Position numbers and translations under genes: made by a program
Notes under the pieces: generated by a model
Database searches by the model: none
What the model saw: only the letters and a program-made list of their open reading frames with translations
What the model was told of the DNA's origin: nothing
Source: Bacillus subtilis subsp. subtilis str. 168
GTDB taxonomy: Bacteria; Bacillota; Bacilli; Bacillales; Bacillaceae
Reading direction: 5' to 3'
NCBI RefSeq assembly: GCF_000009045.1
Contig: NC_000964.3
Span: 2,480,001 to 2,544,000, forward strand
Length of the DNA stretch: 64,000 nucleotides
Shown here: positions 29,654 through 39,102 of the stretch, piece after piece
Position numbering within the stretch: the first letter of the stretch is position 1
Layout of the letters: every line of letters starts with the position of its first letter

Positions 29654-30772
29654 TCATGATTTTGTTTGATATCGCGGGCCCATGTAACTGACACGGGGAC
29701 GGAAGAGCCGATTATTGGCATGCTGTTCGATCACATGGGCGCATAAACCGGACGTTCTCGCGCTGAAAAAGATCGGCGTATATAAAGGAATCGGTATGCC
29801 GAGCATCCAATACACTGGGGCAGCATAGTAATCCAAATTCGGGTAAAGCCCTTTTTCCTTCTCCATCAGCCGCTCACCCGCTTCGCACATCTCATATAAA
29901 CGATGGTCACCGGCTTTATCGCATAATTGCTGCAGCGCCTCTTTCATCATGAGTGCTCTCGGGTCCATTTTTTTCATATACACCCGGTGGCCGAAGCCCA
30001 TGATTTTTTCTTTTCTTTTCAGTTTTGTTTGCAAAAGCTGCTCAAAATCAGATGTCGTTTTTGCCTCCAAAAGCAAATACATCACAGCTTCGTTTGCTCC
30101 TCCGTGAAGATTCCCTTTCAGGGAAGCGACAGCCCCAGTCAAAGCCCCATAAAGATCTGAATGTGTAGATGCAATGACCCTGGCCGCAAAGGTTGAATTC
30201 GGCATCTCATGCTCACTGTACAGGACGAGCGACCGGTCAAAAATCTGTTCTTCCAATGAAGACGGCAATTTCCCTGTCATCATGTAGAGAAAATTCGCAC
30301 TGTAGGATAGGGTTTGAAGCGGAAGAATCGGTTCTTTCTTATTAATGATCCTGTAGCTGGCAGCAGTGAGGGCAGGCATTTTCCCAAGAAGCTGATAGGC
30401 GCGTTCTTTGTTTGCGGAAGGAGACCGATCATCAATTTGCCGATCATAGCCAGCAAGTGCCGACAGGCCGGTACGCAGACCATCCATTGGATGAGTGTCC
30501 TCAGGGAGCAGCTCAAGCAGACGGAGATGATCAGCAGGCAGGCTTGAGGCACTGTTTATTTTACGTTCCAGCGTTTCCATTTCACTTTCTTCTGGCAGCC
30601 TGCCCTCCAGCAATAAATGGACAAGCTCCAGATAGCTTTTTGTTTCAGAAAGTTCTATTAAATCATAGCCTCTTATCAAAATCTGGCTGGACTGCGTGTC
30701 AAGATAAGAAATATGAGTTTCTGCCGCAATCACACCGTCCAACCCTGGAGAATAATGCTGTTTCTCCTCCAT
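29654..30772 (-). CDS. mmgD: 2-methylcitrate/citrate synthase
   Basis: [31 protein letters not shown]. Confidence 0.94.
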
Positions 30773-30805
30773 ATCCTCAACCTCCGTTTTTGCGTTTTTT
30801 GTCTA

Positions 30806-31945
30806 TCAGGTTCCGCCAAGCAAATACTTGGAAATAATCAGTCTTTGAATCTCGTTCGTCCCTTCATAAATTTGCGTCACCTTTGCATCGCGAAGCAGGC
30901 GCTCAACTGGATAATCCTTCATATAGCCATATCCCCCATAAATTTGAACGGCGTCTAACGCCGCCTTTACGGCTGCATCGGAAGCAAATTGTTTAGCCAT
31001 AGACGCTTCTTTTCCACAGTTTAGGCCGCGGTTATGAAGGTCTGCAGCGTGGTAGACAAGATGTCTTGCCGCCTCAGCTCTAGTCGCCATATCAGCCAGC
31101 TTAAATGATATGCCTTGATTGGCTGCAATCGGCCTTCCAAATTGCACTCGCTGCTTCGCATAATCAACGGCATGCTCAAGAGCCGCCTCTGCAATTCCGA
31201 GGGCCTGTGCCGCAATGCCGATCCGGCCGACATTTAAATTCGCCATGGCAATGTGAAAGCCATCCCCCTCTTTGCCAAGCAAATTGGCTTCAGGCACTTC
31301 TGCATTATCAAAAATCAGTTCCGTAGTATTGGAGCCATAAAGCCCCAGCTTTCTTTCTTTTTTTCCAACGGTAAAACCGGGTGTGTTTTTTTCAACAATA
31401 AAAGCCGAAATCCCGTGCCTGCCTTGATCTGGAGCTGTTAAAGCAAATGTGATATAGATATCAGCTGCTCCGCCATTCGTTATGAATATTTTCGATCCGT
31501 TTAATAGGTATTTGCCGTTCTTTTTGATTGCTGTTGTGCGGAGGCTCCCGGCATCCGACCCCGAGTGAGGCTCCGTTAGTGCAAATGCGCCCAAATGGTC
31601 TCCTGACGCGAGATTTGGTATATATTTCATCTTCTGTTCTTCGTTGCCGAAATACAGAATCGGATTCGTGCCGACTGAGGTATGAACGGAGAGAATCACG
31701 CCGACAGCCGCGCTGATTCTAGAAATCTCATGAATTGCCAAAATATAAGAAACAACGTCCGCTCCAGCACCGCCGTATTGTTCCGGCACCGGTATTCCCA
31801 TCAGTCCGTGTTTACCCATTTTTTTGATCAGCTGAAAGGGAAATTCGTCCGTTTTCTCCATGATTTCCGCAGCGGGAGCAATTTCTTTTCGTGCAAAATC
31901 ACGCACCATTTTTCGCATCATGACTTGCTCTTGGGTTACATGCAA
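30806..31945 (-). CDS. mmgC: Acyl-CoA dehydrogenase (379 aa, TTG start)
   Basis: FALTEPHSGSD, GSKIFITNG, IYEGTNEIQR; SD gggggtg before TTG 31945. Confidence 0.93.
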   Translation of the reverse strand: MHVTQEQVMMRKMVRDFARKEIAPAAEIMEKTDEFPFQLIKKMGKHGLMGIPVPEQYGGAGADVVSYILAIHEISRISAAVGVILSVHTSVGTNPILYFGNEEQKMKYIPNLASGDHLGAFALTEPHSGSDAGSLRTTAIKKNGKYLLNGSKIFITNGGAADIYITFALTAPDQGRHGISAFIVEKNTPGFTVGKKERKLGLYGSNTTELIFDNAEVPEANLLGKEGDGFHIAMANLNVGRIGIAAQALGIAEAALEHAVDYAKQRVQFGRPIAANQGISFKLADMATRAEAARHLVYHAADLHNRGLNCGKEASMAKQFASDAAVKAALDAVQIYGGYGYMKDYPVERLLRDAKVTQIYEGTNEIQRLIISKYLLGGT

Positions 31946-31972
31946 CTCGGCCACCCCCGGATGGAATAGACT

Positions 31973-32836
31973 TCAGGAAGTCTTCTCCTCATAGTCATAA
32001 AAACCGCGTCCGCTCTTTTTGCCAAGCCAGCCTGCTTTGACATACTTGCGGAGCAGCGGGCAAGGACGGTATTTGGAATCGCCAAGGCCTGAGTGAAGGA
32101 CTTCCATAATTGATAAACACGTATCCAGTCCGATAAAATCCGCTAATGCAAGCGGACCCATCGGATGATTCATGCCCAGCTTCATCACTTCATCTATTGC
32201 CTCCGGCTTCGCCACTCCCTCATACACGCAATAGATGGCTTCATTAATCATTGGAAGAAGCACACGGTTGGAAACAAACCCAGGAAAATCATTGACTTCT
32301 ACCGCTGTTTTCCCCATCTTTTCCGCTAATGCCATAACATCTAAGGCCGTTTCTTCTGATGTAGCCAAGCCTCGAATCACTTCTACCAGCTTCATTACAG
32401 GGACGGGATTCATAAAATGCATGCCAATAACCCGTTGAGGCCGGTTTGTTACAGCAGCGATTTCTGTAATAGGCAAGGAAGATGTATTGCTGGCCAAAAT
32501 CGTATGAGGCGGGCAAATGCGATCAAGTGTTTTAAACATCTCAGTTTTTGCCGCCATGTTTTCTGCGATAGCCTCAATCACAATGTCCGCATGCTCTGCC
32601 TCCTCAAGTGTTTGAGAAATCGAAATGCGGTTGATTACGCTCTTCACTTCCGTCTCGGTCCTTTTTCCTTTCTCAGCATCACGGGCCAGCTGTTTCTTCA
32701 GCCGTTTCAATCCTGCCTCCGCGGCCTCTGGATTCACATCATACATCCGCACATAAAAGCCCGCGTCGGCGGCTGTTTGAGCAATTCCGCTCCCCATCTG
32801 ACCTGCGCCAGCTACCATGATTTGTTTGATTTCCAT
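31973..32836 (-). CDS. mmgB: 3-hydroxybutyryl-CoA dehydrogenase
   Basis: [20 protein letters not shown]. Confidence 0.94.
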   Translation of the reverse strand: MEIKQIMVAGAGQMGSGIAQTAADAGFYVRMYDVNPEAAEAGLKRLKKQLARDAEKGKRTETEVKSVINRISISQTLEEAEHADIVIEAIAENMAAKTEMFKTLDRICPPHTILASNTSSLPITEIAAVTNRPQRVIGMHFMNPVPVMKLVEVIRGLATSEETALDVMALAEKMGKTAVEVNDFPGFVSNRVLLPMINEAIYCVYEGVAKPEAIDEVMKLGMNHPMGPLALADFIGLDTCLSIMEVLHSGLGDSKYRPCPLLRKYVKAGWLGKKSGRGFYDYEEKTS

Positions 32837-32860
32837 TCAAATCCCCTTTTTCATCATGTT

Positions 32861-34042
32861 TTAATGAACCTGCACTAAGACGGCGTCTCCCTGTGCTGCC
32901 CCGCTGCAAATAGCGGCAACGCCCAGACCCCCTCCCCGTCGCTTTAATTCATAAACAAGCGTCATGAGAATTCTCGCACCGCTCGCGCCGATCGGGTGGC
33001 CGAGCGCGATCGCACCGCCATTCACATTTACTTTTTCAAGATCGAAACCTACGATTTTTTCACATGTCAAAACAACTGAAGCAAAAGCTTCATTTACTTC
33101 AAACAAGTCAATATCTTGGACAGTTAAACCATTCTTTTTCAGGAGCTTGTTAATAGCAAACCCTGGCGCTGCCGCCAGCTCGTGCGCTGGCATTCCCGTA
33201 GTTGAAAAACCAAGAATTGTAGCCAGAGGCCGTTTGCCAAGCTCAGCAGCTTTTTCCTCAGACATCAGCACGAACGCGCCGGCTCCGTCATTGACTCCAG
33301 GAGCATTGCCGGCTGTGATAGAACCGTCACTTGCATAAATCGGAGCAAGTTTTGCGAGCTGATCCAGACTTGTGTCACGGCGAATCGCTTCATCTTTATC
33401 AACAACGTTTGGTTTTCCTTTTCGACCGATCCAGTTGACGGGAACAATTTCATCCTGAAACTTCCCTTCATCGGCGGCCTTAGCTGCCCTTGCATGACTT
33501 CTCAACGCCCATTCGTCCTGCTCTCTTCGTGAGATTGCATATTCCTTGGCAGCTGTATTTCCGTGAACAGCCATGTGCACCTCGTCAAATGCGCACGTTA
33601 ATCCGTCATACACCATTAAGTCCCTAAGCTCGCCGTCCCCCATCCGTGCTCCCCAGCGCCCGGCGGGAACGGCATACGGAATATTGCTCATGCTTTCCAT
33701 CCCCCCCGCAACAAGTATGTCCGCATCCTGCGCCCGAATCATTTGATCACATAAAGTGACAGCGCGAAGGCCGGAAGCACAGACTTTATTCAGTGTTTCT
33801 GACGGCACACTCCAAGGCATTCCCGCCAGACGGGCAGCTTGACGGGAAGGTATCTGCCCTGAGCCGGCCTGGACAACCATGCCCATGACGTTTCCTTCTA
33901 CATCATCTCCAGAGACTCCAGCCTGTTGCAGCGCCTCCTTCATCACAATGCCCCCAAGCTCAGCAGCTTTCACCTCTTTCAAAACTCCGCCGAATTTGCC
34001 AAATGGAGTTCTTGCAGCACTTACAATGACTGTTTTCCTCAT
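32861..34042 (-). CDS. mmgA: Acetyl-CoA acetyltransferase (thiolase)
   Basis: [25 protein letters not shown]. Confidence 0.95.
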
Positions 34043-34064
34043 GGTTTCACCTCATTCAGAAGAT

Positions 34065-34078
34065 AGACAGCGCTTACA
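34065..34078 (-). promoter_or_regulatory. cre site (CcpA operator) in the mmgA leader
   Basis: TGTAAGCGCTGTCT on the minus strand. Confidence 0.8.
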
Positions 34079-34098
34079 ATTTCTAGTTGTCTTCTATG

Positions 34099-34128
34099 AA
34101 TGTATGCTTTGAAACGGGCATGAATGAA
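34099..34128 (-). promoter_or_regulatory. SigE promoter of the mmg operon
   Basis: -10 CATACATT with a TCATTC-like -35. Confidence 0.65.
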
Positions 34129-34129
34129 T

Positions 34130-34163
34130 GAAAAAAGAAGGCTGCGTCAAACAGCCTCCTTCT
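34130..34163 (-). terminator. Terminator after yqiK
   Basis: aggctg/cagcct stem followed by tcttttttt on the minus strand. Confidence 0.7.
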
Positions 34164-34168
34164 AACAA

Positions 34169-34900
34169 CTATTCATTTTTCAGCAATGCCGAAGCCTTTT
34201 CTGGAAAGTCGGTAAACATGCCGTCTGCTCCCGCTTCAATGAGACGCTTCATATCTTCCGGACGATTGACTGTATACGGCCTTACCTTAATCAAACCGTT
34301 CCTCATTTTCTTCAGTACTTCATCTGTGACCCCTGGGCTGTTTATCTTCGGGTGATAGCCGGAAGCCGGAATAGACGCGATATATCGATCTGCCTGATAA
34401 AGCACATCTGAAGTTAATACTGCCCGTTCGATATGCGGTGCAAGCCGGGCGCACAGCGCCAAGCTGTCATGATTAAACGTGGATAGGATGACTCTGTCCT
34501 CTACATTAAATCGCTTCACTGCCTCCAGCACTTTTTCTTCCATTCCCTCATAGCGGATCACGCTGTTTTTTAATTCAATGTTGATGAGAAAATCCTTTTT
34601 TACCGCCCACGAGAGCACATCTTCTAGCAGCGGCACTTTTATATCGCTGTACGCTTGATCGTGACCAGCGGCCGCATTCGCAGTCTTTACCTCATCATAG
34701 GCTGTATCCTTCACGAATCCTTTAAGTGATGTCGTGCGATTAAGTCTTTCATCATGAATTACAACAATGCGTCCGTCTTTCGTCAGCTGTACATCAAGCT
34801 CTATCCCATCCGCTCCGGCTTCAATTCCTTTTTCAAATGCAAGCATTGTATTTTCGGGAAATTGACCTGATGCCCCCCGGTGGGCAAAAATCTTTGTCAT
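34169..34900 (-). CDS. yqiK: Cytoplasmic glycerophosphodiester phosphodiesterase
   Basis: AHRGASG...PENT, IELDVQLTKDG, HD motif. Confidence 0.92.
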   Translation of the reverse strand: MTKIFAHRGASGQFPENTMLAFEKGIEAGADGIELDVQLTKDGRIVVIHDERLNRTTSLKGFVKDTAYDEVKTANAAAGHDQAYSDIKVPLLEDVLSWAVKKDFLINIELKNSVIRYEGMEEKVLEAVKRFNVEDRVILSTFNHDSLALCARLAPHIERAVLTSDVLYQADRYIASIPASGYHPKINSPGVTDEVLKKMRNGLIKVRPYTVNRPEDMKRLIEAGADGMFTDFPEKASALLKNE

Positions 34901-34978
34901 CGTTTCACCTCAAACCCTAAAGTTTTCTCCATTATACTTATTTTGTCGGCTCCACTCTAGGATTAAGGCTGTATCAAT

Positions 34979-35599
34979 CTACTGATCATAATAAGAATCA
35001 ATGCCATTGACAATCGCATCTGCGGCCTTTTGCTGGTATTCTTCACTTCCCAGCTTGTCCGCGTCAGAGCTGTTCGTGATAAACCCAAGCTCCGCCAACA
35101 CACTTGGCATTTGTGAATATGTAATGACGTAAAAGTCTGATTCTTTCACGCCCCTGTCTCTCGTTTGTAAGGAAGAAACGAGCTGTGACTGAATATCGGA
35201 TGCCAGACGCCGGCTGTTCTCCCCTTCATAATCAGATTGAAAATACGTTTCTGTTCCTGAAGCTGAAGCAACCCCTGAATTCACATGAATGCTGACAAAA
35301 AGGTCAGCCTGATTGGCACTTGCCTTAGCCACTCTTTCCTCCAAGGTCAGAAAATGATCGTCAGACCGGGATGCAACAGGATTGGCTCCCTCCTCTTTTA
35401 GTTTGTCTGTCACATGCTCTGAGACAGCCAAATTAATATCCTTTTCAAAGAGCCCGTTTCCGACCGCTCCACTGTCTTCACCGCCGTGTCCGGCATCAAT
35501 ATACACTGTTTTCCCTTCTATCGGCTCTGCTGCCTGTGCACAAGGCGCGAGCGTCAAAGCCAATCCGCACAGCGCCAAGCTCCTCCATAACATTCTCAA
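34979..35599 (-). CDS. yqiI: Secreted N-acetylmuramoyl-L-alanine amidase (206 aa, TTG start)
   Basis: Signal peptide; IDAGHGG, SIHVN and ELGF Amidase_3 motifs; SD ggagggag. Confidence 0.92.
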   Translation of the reverse strand: MRMLWRSLALCGLALTLAPCAQAAEPIEGKTVYIDAGHGGEDSGAVGNGLFEKDINLAVSEHVTDKLKEEGANPVASRSDDHFLTLEERVAKASANQADLFVSIHVNSGVASASGTETYFQSDYEGENSRRLASDIQSQLVSSLQTRDRGVKESDFYVITYSQMPSVLAELGFITNSSDADKLGSEEYQQKAADAIVNGIDSYYDQ

Positions 35600-35613
35600 C
35601 TTACTCCCTCCGG

Positions 35614-35907
35614 TCACGAGTTCTTTCGCAGCTGAATATCTTCCAGCTGTAAAGTTCCATTATCCTTCTTTGTATATTTCACCAGGACATGTGTCTGATC
35701 TGGCAGTGATTCACATTCATCACGTTTATCCTTCGGAACTTGTATCATGGTTTCTTCTCCATTAAGAGAAACCGCAATCGTATGAGGATCAGCCGAGCCA
35801 ATGTATTTTCCCTCTTCGGTAAACCTCGGCACTGAGTCATCCGCACTTGCAACACTGCACCCCGAAAGAAAGAGCGCAGTAAACAGCAAAAGAACCGTTT
35901 GTTTCAC
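35614..35907 (-). CDS. yqiH: Small lipoprotein (97 aa, GTG start)
   Basis: Lipobox LSGC; SD gaggtgg before GTG 35907. Confidence 0.88.
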   Translation of the reverse strand: MKQTVLLLFTALFLSGCSVASADDSVPRFTEEGKYIGSADPHTIAVSLNGEETMIQVPKDKRDECESLPDQTHVLVKYTKKDNGTLQLEDIQLRKNS

Positions 35908-35937
35908 ATGACCACCTCTTCCTGATGTTTGGCTTTT

Positions 35938-35966
35938 ATCTTTGACCAGAATGGAGAATTTGTAAA
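35938..35966 (-). promoter_or_regulatory. Putative SigA promoter of yqiHIK
   Basis: TTTACA-17-AAAGAT on the minus strand. Confidence 0.45.
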
Positions 35967-36165
35967 GACAACGCGAATGCAGGCGAGCAAGTTCCATGAT
36001 TTTCAAAAGGGCTATACGACCCGATCATTTCCTGTTGTTAGAAAGATAACGAGCAGATTTGTCTATGAGGATGGCTCTAATTGAGGCGCCAATTAGAAAA
36101 AATTAGCGGAAAGAAGCAACTTTTTATTCATTTTAAAAAATTTGAGAATAGGGTGAGCAAATCGT

Positions 36166-36194
36166 TTGACGGGTGGGTCAGCCAAGCGTAACCT
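36166..36194 (+). promoter_or_regulatory. Putative SigA promoter of the 44-aa small ORF
   Basis: TTGACG-17-TAACCT preceded by an AT-rich tract. Confidence 0.5.
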
Positions 36195-36232
36195 TTTAAA
36201 GGATATTTACTTTATTGAAAGAAGTTAAAGCC

Positions 36233-36367
36233 ATGAAAAAATTCGTTCTGCTGCTGGCGGCAGCTGTCATCACATGCTCCATCGGCCACCAAATCAGTGG
36301 CGGCTACAAAGGCCCCGAAAAAGAGCGGCCAAAACATCACTCTGCACTCAAGATATTCAGTCGGTAA
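36233..36367 (+). CDS. Candidate 44-aa exported peptide (MKKFVLLLAAAVITCSIGHQISGGYKGPEKERPKHHSALKIFSR)
   Basis: Hand-translated; signal-peptide-like N-terminus; weak SD gaaagaag; upstream promoter. Confidence 0.5.
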   Translation: MKKFVLLLAAAVITCSIGHQISGGYKGPEKERPKHHSALKIFSR

Positions 36368-36377
36368 AGCAGATCAA

Positions 36378-36407
36378 TTGCATTAATTTTTACATATAGG
36401 CTAGAAT
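36378..36407 (+). promoter_or_regulatory. Putative SigA promoter of yqiG
   Basis: TTGCAT-18-TAGAAT, with AGCA at 36368-36371. Confidence 0.5.
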
Positions 36408-36439
36408 ATGTGCGAATCCAAACGAAAGAAGATGATCAA

Positions 36440-37558
36440 ATGAATCCTAAGTATAAGCCACTTTTTGAACCATTTACGTTTAAAAGCGGCGTTACAATCA
36501 ACAACCGGATCGCAGTAGCACCGATGACTCATTACGCTTCTAATGAAGACGGTACAATATCTGAAGCGGAGCTCGACTACATCATCCCCCGTTCAAAAGA
36601 GATGGGAATGGTGATTACAGCCTGCGCAAATGTTACACCGGACGGAAAAGCATTCCCCGGGCAGCCGGCCATCCATGACGATTCCAACATTCCAGGTTTA
36701 AAAAAGTTAGCACAAGCCATTCAGGCACAAGGCGCTAAAGCTGTTGTACAAATTCATCACGGCGGTATTGAGTGCCCGTCTGAGCTCGTTCCTCAACAGG
36801 ATGTTGTGGGGCCAAGTGACGTGTTTGATAACGGCAAACAAATTGCTCGCGCATTAACAGAAGAAGAAGTGGAAAACATTGTGAAGGCGTTTGGAGAAGC
36901 GACAAGACGCGCCATTGAAGCCGGCTTTGACGGTGTCGAAATTCACGGTGCAAACGGCTACTTAATTCAGCAGTTTTATTCTCCGAAAACCAACCAGCGC
37001 ACGGATCGCTGGGGAGGAAGCGATGAAAAACGATTAGCCTTCCCGCTCGCTATTGTCGATGAAGTGAAAAAAGCCGCTTCAGAACATGCGAAGGGTGCAT
37101 TCTTAGTCGGCTACCGCCTGTCTCCGGAAGAACCTGAGACACCGGGATTGACAATGACTGAAACTTATACGCTTGTTGATGCTTTAGGGGATAAAGAATT
37201 GGATTATCTTCATATCTCACTGATGGACGTGAACTCAAAAGCGCGCCGCGGTGCAGATCCGACTCGCACACGCATGGACTTATTGAATGAACGTGTCGGA
37301 AACAAAGTGCCGCTGATCGCCGTCGGTTCCATCCATTCCGCTGATGACGCGCTTGCCGTCATCGAAAACGGTATTCCACTGGTCGCTATGGGACGCGAAA
37401 TTCTAGTTGACCCTAACTGGACGGTAAAAGTAAAAGAAGGCCGTGAAAAGCAAATCGAAACAGTGATCAAAGGCACAGATAAAGAAAAATATCATTTGCC
37501 TGAACCGCTATGGCAAGCAATTGTGAACACACAAGGCTGGGTGCCTTATAAAGATTAA
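36440..37558 (+). CDS. yqiG: Old-yellow-enzyme-family NADH:flavin oxidoreductase (372 aa)
   Basis: NRIAVAPMT, EIHGANGYLIQQF, NQRTDRWGG. Confidence 0.92.
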   Translation: MNPKYKPLFEPFTFKSGVTINNRIAVAPMTHYASNEDGTISEAELDYIIPRSKEMGMVITACANVTPDGKAFPGQPAIHDDSNIPGLKKLAQAIQAQGAKAVVQIHHGGIECPSELVPQQDVVGPSDVFDNGKQIARALTEEEVENIVKAFGEATRRAIEAGFDGVEIHGANGYLIQQFYSPKTNQRTDRWGGSDEKRLAFPLAIVDEVKKAASEHAKGAFLVGYRLSPEEPETPGLTMTETYTLVDALGDKELDYLHISLMDVNSKARRGADPTRTRMDLLNERVGNKVPLIAVGSIHSADDALAVIENGIPLVAMGREILVDPNWTVKVKEGREKQIETVIKGTDKEKYHLPEPLWQAIVNTQGWVPYKD

Positions 37559-37564
37559 TGTGCA

Positions 37565-37597
37565 AAGACTGCCGAAACGATTCGGCAGTCTTTTTTC
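37565..37597 (+). terminator. Terminator after yqiG, probably bidirectional
   Basis: aagactgccgaa/ttcggcagtctt stem followed by tttt. Confidence 0.85.
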
Positions 37598-37600
37598 CCT

Positions 37601-37714
37601 TTATATAAATAGTTTGTGTACACATCTAAACAGCAAAAGAAAGAGCTCCCCACCAACTTCGAAAAGAAAATCCAGGAAAAACCCCTCACGCTTTCTTGCT
37701 TTTTTCTTTTTCAT
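37601..37714 (-). CDS. Candidate 37-aa small protein (MKKKKARKREGFFLDFLFEVGGELFLLLFRCVHKLFI)
   Basis: Hand-translated; strong SD AAAAAGGAGA 7 nt upstream; stop TAA abuts the yqiG terminator. Confidence 0.6.
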   Translation of the reverse strand: MKKKKARKREGFFLDFLFEVGGELFLLLFRCVHKLFI

Positions 37715-37871
37715 TCGTACGTCTCCTTTTTACATGAATACGCCTTACTTACGATTTTGCAGGAGAAAGGTTTCATTTTATAACGGACACATCTAGGGTC
37801 GATCATGCTTCGTGATCCTATAAGATGTATGAATGGACCAAGAGTGCAGGTAATACCGCCATTTGCTTTCC

Positions 37872-37943
37872 TTACTTTTCAAACCTATCCTTTACTATAT
37901 GCGGATACTTAATATTCTTCTCCCATACTACAAATGTCCCCAA
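37872..37943 (-). CDS. Candidate 23-aa peptide (MGTFVVWEKNIKYPHIVKDRFEK, TTG start)
   Basis: Hand-translated; perfect SD AGGAGG 9 nt upstream of TTG; 80 nt downstream of the spo0A stop. Confidence 0.35.
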   Translation of the reverse strand: MGTFVVWEKNIKYPHIVKDRFEK

Positions 37944-38022
37944 AACAAAACGCCTCCTATTTATCAGCGCAAACTAATAAATAAAAGACGTTTGATTTAA
38001 TGACCACTTAATAAGCTCATGT

Positions 38023-38826
38023 TTAAGAAGCCTTATGCTCTAACCTCAGCTTATCCGCAACCATTGCAATGAATTCACTGTTGGTAGGTTTAGCTTTTGT
38101 CATGCTGACAGTATAACCAAACAACGAGGAAATGGAATCAATGTTTCCTCTGCTCCATGCCACTTCAATTGCATGGCGGATCGCTCTTTCTACACGGCTT
38201 GCGGTTGTGTTAAATTTTTTGGCGATGTCCGGATAGAGGACTTTTGTAATGCTGCCGAGCAATTCGATGTCATTGTATACCATTGAGATTGCTTCGCGCA
38301 GATAGAGATAGCCTTTAATATGGGCTGGGACGCCGATTTCATGGATAATGCTTGTGATGCTCGCGTCGAGATTTTTCTTCTTTGGTTCAGGCTGGCTGCT
38401 GCGTATAATACTGCTTTGCGATGATGGCGCACGATGCGTCACACTGCTGGCATTTCCGCTGACCTGGCGGATATGGCCGACAAGGTTTTCCATATCAAAC
38501 GGTTTGAGAATAAAGTAGGACGCGCCTAAATCGACGGCCTTTTTCGTGACATCTTCCTGCCCAAAGGCTGTCAGCATAATGACATTCGGCTGTTTTTTCA
38601 GATCTGATTCCCTCAGCCTCTCTAAAACCGCAAGTCCGTCTAGATGCGGCATAATAATATCTAATACGAGCACATCGGGATCTTTTTCTTTAAACAGCGA
38701 CAGGCATTCCTGTCCGTTATAAGCAACGCCGATCACTTCCATGTCTTCCTGTCCTTCTATATATTCACTTAACAGGCTTACCAGCTCTCGATTATCATCA
38801 GCAACACAAACTTTAATTTTCTCCAC
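38023..38826 (-). CDS. spo0A: Sporulation master response regulator (267 aa, GTG start)
   Basis: Receiver domain [10 protein letters not shown]; [21 protein letters not shown]-binding domain. Confidence 0.98.
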   Translation of the reverse strand: MEKIKVCVADDNRELVSLLSEYIEGQEDMEVIGVAYNGQECLSLFKEKDPDVLVLDIIMPHLDGLAVLERLRESDLKKQPNVIMLTAFGQEDVTKKAVDLGASYFILKPFDMENLVGHIRQVSGNASSVTHRAPSSQSSIIRSSQPEPKKKNLDASITSIIHEIGVPAHIKGYLYLREAISMVYNDIELLGSITKVLYPDIAKKFNTTASRVERAIRHAIEVAWSRGNIDSISSLFGYTVSMTKAKPTNSEFIAMVADKLRLEHKAS

Positions 38827-38879
38827 GTTTCTTCCTCCCCAAATGTAGTTAACAGGATTCACCCTTGCTACATGTTTAC

Positions 38880-38906
38880 ATTCGACAAAACCGCTATATA
38901 CCCTCT
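38880..38906 (-). promoter_or_regulatory. spo0A Ps promoter (SigH) with an overlapping 0A box
   Basis: AGAGGGTAT-11-GTCGAAT; TGTCGAA at 38881-38887. Confidence 0.8.
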
Positions 38907-38968
38907 AAAAAAATCATAATCACCAATATTAGTGGCATATCTTTGTTATTCTATGTTTTTCTCTGTTT

Positions 38969-39017
38969 TTCGACTAAAAATGAAATTTGACAAACAAGGA
39001 AACGTGAATTTGTCGAA
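38969..39017. promoter_or_regulatory. Spo0A boxes upstream of spo0A
   Basis: AGTCGAA (38969-38975, minus), TGTCAAA (38986-38992, minus), TGTCGAA (39011-39017, plus). Confidence 0.75.
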
Positions 39018-39033
39018 AAATCTTCTTTTGTAT

Positions 39034-39062
39034 ATTTTACCGTATGTATTCTGAGAAGTGAA
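39034..39062 (-). promoter_or_regulatory. spo0A Pv promoter (SigA)
   Basis: TTCACT-17-TAAAAT. Confidence 0.75.
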
Positions 39063-39075
39063 GAGGGATCAAAAT

Positions 39076-39102
39076 AAAAAAACTGCCGGAAACTCCGGCA
39101 GT
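39076..39102 (-). terminator. Terminator after spoIVB
   Basis: actgccgga/tccggcagt stem followed by a T-run. Confidence 0.8.

Noticed and set aside
37818-37862. 14-codon ORF MAVLPALLVHSYIL after the 23-aa ORF
   Set aside because: Weak SD and very short; not distinguishable from chance.
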